This document shows, one piece after another, positions 1 to 5,820 of a DNA stretch of 5,820 bases. The position numbers and the translations under genes are program-made. Below the pieces are notes generated by a model. The model did no database searches and was not told the DNA's origin. It saw only the letters and a list, made by a program, of their open reading frames with translations. Origin of the DNA: Octopus sinensis (lineage: Eukaryota); the NCBI RefSeq assembly GCF_006345805.1, contig NW_021829498.1, positions 1-5,820 of the forward strand, written 5' to 3'. Positions within the stretch are counted from its first letter, which is position 1. Each line of letters starts with the position of its first letter.

Positions 1-570
1 ACCTAGACCACCAAGAGTACGAATCCGATCTCCTGCTCTCCGATTTAGCCAGCCACTGTAACCATTTTTTGCTTACCACGGTCACCCGTCCTTTCCCAAA
101 TTCCCTGCGAGCTGGCATTTCCCTCTCCGCTTTCATTTTCCTTTCAAGTGGAACTTTAAAAAGTCGCTGAGAGCTTGACCGAAGAGGAAGGTTTGCTTTC
201 GCTGTTTCTCTCAGCCTCATCCATCACATGACCTCTTTCGCTATGGCCACTTGATAGAGGAGCAACACTTGTCCTGACTTGATAGAGGTGGGTGTTGGAC
301 CGATCCTCAAGACAGGGTCGGCTGATAAACGAGTTCGTCCCACACTCACAATTACATGCAGAACAGTTGCATCGCACTGCGCACAACTCGGACAGTCTTC
401 CTGATAGCGTTTCCCTGCTTATCTCGAACCGGTTGTGCCCCTCGATGACACTGCCAGGCCACGGATTTCTGGAAGTTATCTATGGTAGTACCGGGCTAGA
501 AGGTTCTCCGAAACACCCACCAGTTCATCGTCATCCATGACCAGGGTTCACCAGAGAACCTCATCCATAT
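1..570 (-). mobile_element. Decayed 3' part of an L1/Tx1-clade non-LTR retrotransposon ORF2 (post-RT C-terminal region with Cys-His knuckle), running off the window start
   Basis: Manual minus-strand translation across frameshifts and stops gives MDEVLW*TLVMDDDELVG / VFRRTF*PGTTIDNFQKSVAWQCHRGAQPVRDK (GAT at 480, TGG at 456) / CPSCAQCDATVLHVIV-[1-nt shift]-C (Cys 394, Cys 385, His 358, Cys 344 = CX2CX8HX4C) / VAIAKEVM*WMRLR / DFLKFHL / RKMKAERE. The W-x5-LPVRDKL-like segment, a CCHC knuckle and a downstream (I/V)W-x2-R helix match the zf-RVT-type C-terminus of L1/Tx1 ORF2. Multiple stops and shifts indicate a dead copy. Confidence 0.75.
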
Positions 571-595
571 ATTACCACTACTATTATGTATAATC

Positions 596-730
596 TATAT
601 ATATATATATAATATATATATATATATATTATAATATTATTTGATGGAATATAAGTCCAAACTTACAGAGAAAAAATTCAATTTAGAAATACTAGATCAA
701 ATTTCACAGTATATAATATATATATATAAA
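596..730. repeat. Two interrupted (TA)n tracts (~596-629 and ~708-728) bracketing an AT-rich segment
   Basis: Read directly from the sequence. Confidence 0.9.
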
Positions 731-800
731 AAATTAGAAAAAAAACCACCTTTTATCAATTCAAAATGAACAATTAAATTACACCATCTAGAAAATTACA
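636..800. mobile_element. Possible fragment of an unclassified dispersed repeat (AT-rich)
   Basis: The segments ttgatggaatataagtccaaacttacag...caaatttcacagtatataata and aattaaattacaccatctagaaaa resemble, from recollection only, an abundant octopod repeat that may be Penelope-associated. No ORF or terminal structure is visible here. Confidence 0.25.
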
Positions 801-1122
801 TATAAAAGAAATATTAAAATTAAAATAACAATAAAACGTCAATGATGAAGTAAATTGCAAAAAAATTGCAAAAAAAATAATAATAATGTATATAATTGGT
901 AGAATTATATATTGAAAACATATATCAGTGTGTGTGTACGTACTATATTAGAAGGCAATAATTCGTTACAATTGGTCATATGTTTCGCTCTAAATGTAGT
1001 TTTTGAATGAATAACCTATTTAGGTTAAGGAAACTCTAGATGTAAGAGTTACAGCATGTGTACGTGCGTCTGGGAGATCTCTGCAGACCTGAATTTAAAC
1101 AAAATCAAGGGAAACGAAGATA

Positions 1123-1318
1123 ACCACCACCACCAGCGAGCCACCACCACCACCACCACCTTAACAACAGCAGACGATAATATCGACAGCTCCAGGTTAG
1201 AAGAAATAATTTAATACCACAACAACATCTAAATACGACACACATCGTCATCATCGTCATCATCATCACCCTCATTATCATCATCATCATCACCATCATC
1301 ATCAGCTTCATCAGCATA
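1123..1318. repeat. Trinucleotide repeat cluster: (CAC)n ~1123-1160 and degenerate (CAT)n ~1243-1318
   Basis: Read directly; these repeats explain the poly-Met/poly-Trp ORF at 1105-1317. Confidence 0.9.
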
Positions 1319-1421
1319 AGAAAGCGGTAGCAGTTGCAGCAGAGGCAGCGAAGAGTGCAGAAGACATGATGTACATTCCCTTAGTGAAATGACTTAGAAA
1401 TGGAGAAAGTGGGGAATGAAA

Positions 1422-1760
1422 AAAAAGAGAAAGCGAGAGAGAGAGAAGTGGGGGAGAGTGAGTGAGTGAGTGAGTGAGTGAGTGAGTGAGTGAATGAGTG
1501 AGTGAGTGAGTGAGTGAGATATATGTATACATATTGATATATGTATGTATGTGTATACACACATATATACATATATGTACACGGGATGCATGAGAACAGA
1601 GAGCGGGTGTTAAAGAAAGAGAGAGAGAGAGAGAGGGTGACGTTTAAAAGAAAGATGTCGTTAGAGATAGAGGGGTGGGAAGTGAGGTGGCAATAAGGCA
1701 AAAAGAAAGAAAATAAATAAGGAAAGAGGGCGAGGAAAATGGCGGAAGGAAAACGAGAGA
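1422..1760. repeat. Purine-rich block: (GA)n, (GAGT)n ~1456-1518, (TATG)-like ~1519-1580, (GA)n ~1613-1635 and GA-rich sequence to ~1760
   Basis: Read directly; produces the SLTH-repeat ORFs on the minus strand. Confidence 0.9.
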
Positions 1761-1944
1761 CGAAACTGCAAAGAACATTGTAAACTAACTAGACATTGGG
1801 GAGTTGCTAGAATAAACTGTAGATGTTGTTTAAGATACATTGATGTTAGGCACACAGTTCATAGCATAAAGACTAGCACGGATACAGCGAGGCATAGATG
1901 TGTGTACGCAAGGAGGAACGTAGCTTTTATGTACGAACTATGTG

Positions 1945-2012
1945 TGGTTACGTGTGTACGTGGGATTGTGTGTTTGTGAGTGTGTGTGTGTGTGTGTGTG
2001 GTGTGTGTAGTG
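1945..2012. repeat. (TG)n microsatellite with a perfect core at ~1980-2000
   Basis: Read directly from the sequence. Confidence 0.9.
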
Positions 2013-2229
2013 TAAATGTTACGACAGGCATCGAGCTGAATAGGATATTTGTCCCGCGGGTGTTTTATGTTGTTGTATGGCGTTGCTTATAAACTGCTGT
2101 TCATTGGCTATAAGCGAATATCAGACAAACATGTTCTTCCGTTCAGTGAATATGGCGCGAAGGAGTCAGCAGCAAGAAAAATATAAACCGTATACACACA
2201 TATAGAGCCACACATATCTACATACAGTT

Positions 2230-2290
2230 TTATATATATATATATAAGTATGTATGTATATATGTATGTATGTATATATGTATGTATGAG
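2230..2290. repeat. (TA)n grading into (TATG)n
   Basis: Read directly from the sequence. Confidence 0.9.
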
Positions 2291-2295
2291 TGTAA

Positions 2296-2460
2296 GTGCA
2301 GCAGTAGCTGTGTTGTACGAAGTCTGCATCCCAAACACACGTTTCCAGCTTCAATCCTTCTGTGTGACACCTTGGGCAAGTGTCTTCTACTATAGCTTCG
2401 GTGCCACCAAAGCCTTGTGAGAGGATTTTGTAGACGGAAACTAAAAGGAGCCCGTTGTGT
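2296..2460 (+). mobile_element. Degenerate tRNA-derived CORE-like SINE, 5' half only
   Basis: Degenerate A-box tagctgtgttg (2305-2315) and B-box-like agcttcaatcc (2347-2357). tgtgtgacaccttgggcaagtgtctt (2361-2386) resembles the CORE/MIR motif TGTGTGACCTTGGGCAAGT. The following caaagccttgtgagaggattttgtagacggaaactaaaaggagcccg matches my recollection of an abundant octopod SINE body. The copy ends where microsatellite sequence begins. Confidence 0.75.
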
Positions 2461-2487
2461 ACATGCGCGTATATGTAAAAGGTTTTA

Positions 2488-2542
<55 letters not shown>

Positions 2543-2553
2543 TAAACATAACA

Positions 2554-2584
<31 letters not shown>

Positions 2585-2690
2585 CAGAGAGAGAGTGGGG
2601 AGAGAGAGAAGGGGGGAGACAAACAGATATATATATATATATATATATATATGTACTTATACATACACACACACGCATTCACACGCGTAT
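2488..2690. repeat. Compound microsatellite (TA)n-(GA)n-(TA)n-(GA-rich)-(TA)n-(CA)n
   Basis: Read directly from the sequence. Confidence 0.92.
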
Positions 2691-2805
2691 TTGTTCGTGT
2701 TTCTTTTCGTTGCGGAACTCAACTCGGCCAGTATTAAACGGACAAAATGTTGCCGCTGAGATCCAGAGAGCTCTTGGGCTTTGTGGTCATCTCACTTGTG
2801 AGATG
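2690..2805. mobile_element. Possible short fragment of an unclassified dispersed repeat
   Basis: Complex-sequence island (ttcttttcgttgcggaactcaactcggccagtattaaacg...ctcttgggctttgtggtcatctcactt) between microsatellites. It resembles, from recollection only, a common octopod repeat. Not verified. Confidence 0.3.
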
Positions 2806-3178
2806 TGCGTATATATGAGTGCGTAATTCCGTGTGTAGGATGGCATAAATCGTATGGTGTGCATGCGTGTCACCTCCGTACACGTGCCTATGTGTTTCAT
2901 TACTGTTTATATGTGCGTGTATATATGTGTGTATACATGAATTCATGTATGTACGCATATGTGTATGTATGTACCTACGTATGTACGAGATCTGGTCAAT
3001 AAGTATCTGGACTGTTGACATAGTAACGAAGCTAAAGCACGCAAAGTGAACCTGCTCAGCAAAGATTGGCCTTGAACTCTACTGTGCATGCGCACTAAGG
3101 TTTAACGTTCCAGCTTATTTCCGCTACATAGAGAAGTGTTGGACGGAAGGTGTGTAGCTTGTGATCGTTGCATTGACC

Positions 3179-3589
3179 CTGAGAGAGAAAGTTTTCATGG
3201 TGATACCTGCTCAGTGACATAAGGAAGGTTGCAGAAAATGTATGGAGAAGAGTCTACAAGTGGGTCAAGCGGTTCCAAGATTGCCGACAAAATGTCGAAA
3301 TTGGAGAACGTTCTGGGAGACGCGCAACCAGCAAGACTGGGAAAATATCGTAGATGTGTGTGCAACTGTGAGACGAAATTGTCGAATTACCATCCTTGAG
3401 TTATCAGTGGATGTAAAGATTAGTTACGGTTCAGTTTAGTCCATTATCACTGAAGATTTGTGTATGAGACGCGTGTCTGCCAAGTTTGTGCCGAAACTTG
3501 TTTCAGCTGTCCTAAAAAACACTCGGGTTTCAGTCGCACAAGATTGCCTTGATTGTGTCGAGAACGATGAAAACTCTTAGAAAACTTTG
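3179..3589 (+). pseudogene. Mariner transposase N-terminal (HTH DNA-binding) remnant, truncated just before the first catalytic Asp
   Basis: Reconstructed as (CTG for ATG)REKV..GDTCSVT*GRLQKMYGEE / VYKWVKRFQDCRQNVEIGERSGRRATSKT / ENIVDVCATVRRNCRITILELSVDVKISYGSV*SIITEDLCMRRVSAKFVPKLVSAVLKNTRVSVAQDCLDCVENDENS*KTL. ERSGR (3306-3320) and VSAKFVPKL (3473-3499, the WVPHEL-equivalent linker) are mariner hallmarks. Stops at 3220, 3437 and 3578, plus deletions and frameshifts. Confidence 0.9.
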
Positions 3590-3667
3590 CGTAGACTGCT
3601 GAGCAGGTATCACACCAGGTATTTGGCAAAATTTGATGCAGATTCTCTGCTCAACTTTCTCTGTCAT
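3583..3667 (-). pseudogene. Second, inverted copy of the transposase start within the right arm
   Basis: The minus strand from the ATG at 3667 reads MTEKVEQRICIKFCQIPG / DTCSAVYAK with a 2-nt shift. It retains the EQRICIKFC segment that is deleted in the plus-strand copy. Confidence 0.88.
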
Positions 3668-3857
3668 GGTCAATGCGACGATCACAAGCTACACACCTTC
3701 CTTCCAAGCACTGCTGTAAACAGCAAAAATGAGCGAGAGCGTTAAAACTTGGTGCGCATTCACTGCAGATTTCAAGGTCAGTCTTTGCCAAGCGGCTTCA
3801 TTCTGCATGCTTCCTTACTATGGACACAATCCAGATACCTATTGATCAGACCTCGTA

Positions 3858-4100
3858 CATACGTATCTATGTAGGTATGTATGTACATATTTATGTATGT
3901 ACGTATGTATCCATGTATCTAGGTATGTCTGTATGTGCGTTTGTATATATGTATATATGTAAGTAAACACTTACTTAAATATGTTTAGATACGTGTGTTT
4001 GTATATGAATCTACGTATATTTGTATGTAAGTATGCATATATGTATGTTTGTATGTATATATACAAGTATGGATGCATGCATATGCATGTATATACGTAT
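3858..4100. repeat. Degenerate (TATG)n/(TA)n tract
   Basis: Read directly from the sequence. Confidence 0.85.
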
Positions 4101-4492
4101 GTTTTCATTTTATTTTCAATTCAAAGTTAATTTTGACCTTCCAAACTGCTGCTTGGTAGCAAAGTTGGGCAGGAAAGCATCTTGTTTTGTTGATCATTGT
4201 TTTTGATCATAAGAATATCTTACAGATCATTATTCTTCCACATACCACGATTGTATGCTGTGTATAAACGTGGGAGTTGTATTCTGTCTCCGGATTTCAC
4301 AATGCATTACACCAGACGGATTGTGCGTATCCTATTTTGGAATGACTCAATTTTTAAGTTCCTTCAACATTCTTTGGAACCATCGGTCTCAGTACGGTCT
4401 GTTGGTGTTTTCTTTCTATATGTATATATGCATGCAGTTAGGTATGTATGTATGTATGTATGTATATATGTATTTATGTAGGTAGGTATATA

Positions 4493-4720
4493 ACTTGGCA
4501 GATACGTTAGTACGCCAGGCGAAATGCGTAGCCGTATTTCGTCTGCGTTACGTTGTGAGTTCAAATTCCGCCGAGGTCGACTTTGCCTTTCATCCTTTCG
4601 GGGACGATAAATTAAGTACCAGTTAGGCACTGGGGTCGATGTAATCGACTTAATACCTATGTCTGTCCTTGTTTGTCCCCTCTGTATTTAGTCCCTTGTG
4701 GGTAATAAAGAAATAGGTAT
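4493..4720 (+). mobile_element. Near full-length tRNA-derived SINE (octopod-like)
   Basis: A-box-like tggcagatacgttag (4496-4510) and B-box gagttcaaattcc (4558-4570). Central gcctttcatcctttcggggacgataaattaagtacc (4585-4620) is similar to a motif I recall from Sauria SINE and other SINE bodies. Hairpin gtcgat-gta-atcgac (4635-4649). The 3' end tttagtcccttgtgggtaataaagaaatagg and the whole body match my recollection of a very abundant octopod SINE. Confidence 0.82.
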
Positions 4721-4724
4721 ATAA

Positions 4725-4977
4725 CTATGTACGTATGTGTGCATCTATGAATGTCTATATAGTTATATGTATGTGTATTTATGTTTTTTTGTATGTATGT
4801 ATATATGTATGTACGTGTGTATAAGTCTTTGTATGTATGTGTATGTATGCATGTATGTATGAGTGAACGTATGTATGTGCGTGTGTATGTGTGTATGTAT
4901 GTATGTATGTATGTATGCATGCGTGTATGTATGTATGTATGTATGTATGTATGTATGTATGTATGTATGTATGTATG
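4725..4977. repeat. Long (TATG)n tract, degenerate 5' part and near-perfect 3' part (~4925-4977)
   Basis: Read directly; source of the YIHT/MYVC ORFs. Confidence 0.92.
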
Positions 4978-5169
4978 AATCTATAATCTCAGCTTTTAAC
5001 AAGAATTCTTCCTCGTTCATCCCAGGTATATTTTCTCTCTGATTAAATGGAATTTTAATGAGAAATCTCGTTGATTGGTGTAAAATATTTATAGCAACAT
5101 ATATTTTAATGAATCTCTTAACGAAGCCGTTAGATGGCAGCACTGGCTTATATATTTTATCACTAACGA

Positions 5170-5432
5170 TATATATATATATATATAGTCAGACATATGT
5201 GGCTGTGTGTCTTCAACTTTCCGTTTATACATGTGTATGTGCCTATCTGTGTCCTTGCGTGTGTGTGTCTATGTGTGTGCCTATGTGTGTGTGTTTGGTG
5301 TTAGTATCTGTTAGTGTGTGTGTGTGCACGTGTGCTTCTGTACTATTGTGTGTGTTTTTATGCTCGTGTGTGTATGTGTACATATGTTTGTATATAATCA
5401 CGTGTAATCTTGATTGATGTGAATATACATAC

Positions 5433-5477
<45 letters not shown>

Positions 5478-5590
5478 CATGACGCTTTGTATGTGTATTC
5501 CTCTACGCATAAATGTAAATGCGTGTTTGTGTGTGTTTGTATTGAATATGTGTGTGTCCGTGTGAGTGTGTATTGTATATACATGTAAGT
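5170..5590. repeat. (TA)n 5170-5187, degenerate (TG)n ~5190-5400, (CATA)n(TA)n ~5424-5474, degenerate (TG)n to ~5590
   Basis: Read directly from the sequence. Confidence 0.88.
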
Positions 5591-5754
5591 ATATTGGTTC
5601 TTTAATGGAAGACTACTATCTGTACATAAATCGGCTTGGGGATGTGGTTGCATGGGTGTACTAGCTCATGCGACAGCGATTTTGAAATGAAATAGAGACA
5701 TGTGGGCATTTGTGTCTAAAAATCTGTATGTAATTCCTTCCTGATTGTGCTAAA

Positions 5755-5820
5755 CTGTGTGTGTGTGTATGCATGTGTATGTGTGCCAGTGTGCGTGTGT
5801 GACTGTGTGCCTGTGGTGTG
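5755..5820. repeat. Degenerate (TG)n running off the window end
   Basis: Read directly from the sequence. Confidence 0.85.

Larger units (their letters stand above)
2986..3855. mobile_element. Non-autonomous mariner (Tc1/mariner) derivative, 870 bp, with TA target-site duplication and long inverted arms (two left ends)
   Basis: Ends are TA(2984-85)-cgagatctggtcaataagtatctgga and tccagatacctattgatcagacctcg-TA(3856-57), with 23/26 identity between the terminal 26 nt and 39/47 over 47 nt by hand alignment. Inverted similarity continues to ~3230 versus ~3584, including a 24-bp exact match (3145-3168 vs 3678-3701). The interior encodes a mariner transposase N-terminus. Confidence 0.93.

Noticed and set aside
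156-540. ORFs 156-386 (-) and 292-540 (+) as genes
   Set aside because: They are off-frame or antisense readings of the decayed LINE; the meaningful peptide needs frameshifts.
1012-1081. Short inverted repeats taaccta/taggtta, aactct/agagtt and gagatctc
   Set aside because: Stems of 4-7 bp are expected by chance in AT-rich DNA, and they have no associated element.
1087-1195. Possible exon ctgcAG|...ccAG|GTTAGA
   Set aside because: The polypyrimidine tract and donor are weak, and the peptide is (CAC)n-driven low complexity.
1298-1315. CTGATGA on the minus strand as a hammerhead ribozyme core (also CTGAAGA at ~3450)
   Set aside because: The first derives from (CAT)n with no nearby GAAA or stems. 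The second lies in transposase codons. No complete hammerhead was found, including in the 2690-2805 island.
1210-1392. His-rich open frame FNTTTTSKYDTHRHHRHHHH...KKAVAVAAEAAKSAEDMMYIPLVK*
   Set aside because: It is bounded by an in-frame TAA at 1207 with no usable start or acceptor before the His run, and the His run is simply (CAT)n.
4280-4345. CITPDGLCVSYFG resembling Harbinger-type TPDGL motifs, and minus-strand KIESFQNRIRTI resembling an RT C-terminus
   Set aside because: The similarities are too short and unsupported by flanking motifs.
4975-5143. Minus-strand peptide ENIPGMNEEEFLLKAEIID looking protein-like
   Set aside because: There is no convincing donor before the (CATA)n tract and no recognisable family.
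1105-5653. The many 60-170-aa ORFs in the track (YIYI, THSL, MYVC, HTY-rich)
   Set aside because: They are translations of stop-poor microsatellites with no domain-like content.
1-5820. CRISPR array, rRNA, tRNA genes or prokaryotic operon features
   Set aside because: There is no repeat-spacer periodicity and no cloverleaf. The Pol III boxes belong to SINE heads, and the sequence composition is that of a repeat-rich animal genome.

Overview
Non-coding, microsatellite-saturated eukaryotic DNA with no intact gene. None of the listed ORFs looks like a real protein; most are read-throughs of (TA)/(TG)/(TATG)/(GAGT)/(CAT) repeats. Two tRNA-derived SINE copies resemble, from memory and not from a search, abundant octopod SINEs, which points to an octopus or other coleoid intron or intergenic region. 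Recognisable elements are: (1) a decayed L1/Tx1-type LINE 3' fragment on the minus strand (1-~570) with a reconstructable CX2CX8HX4C knuckle; (2) a CORE-like SINE 5' half (~2296-2460); (3) an 870-bp TA-flanked mariner derivative (2986-3855); (4) a near full-length second SINE (~4493-4720). The mariner derivative is the most notable structure. It consists of two LEFT ends in inverted orientation, giving ~245-270-bp arms, and lacks the catalytic DD34D domain. The arms join at a 7-bp microhomology, and the element sits in a site that reconstructs to a perfect 18-bp palindrome. I see no evidence of a novel biological system beyond transposable-element architecture.
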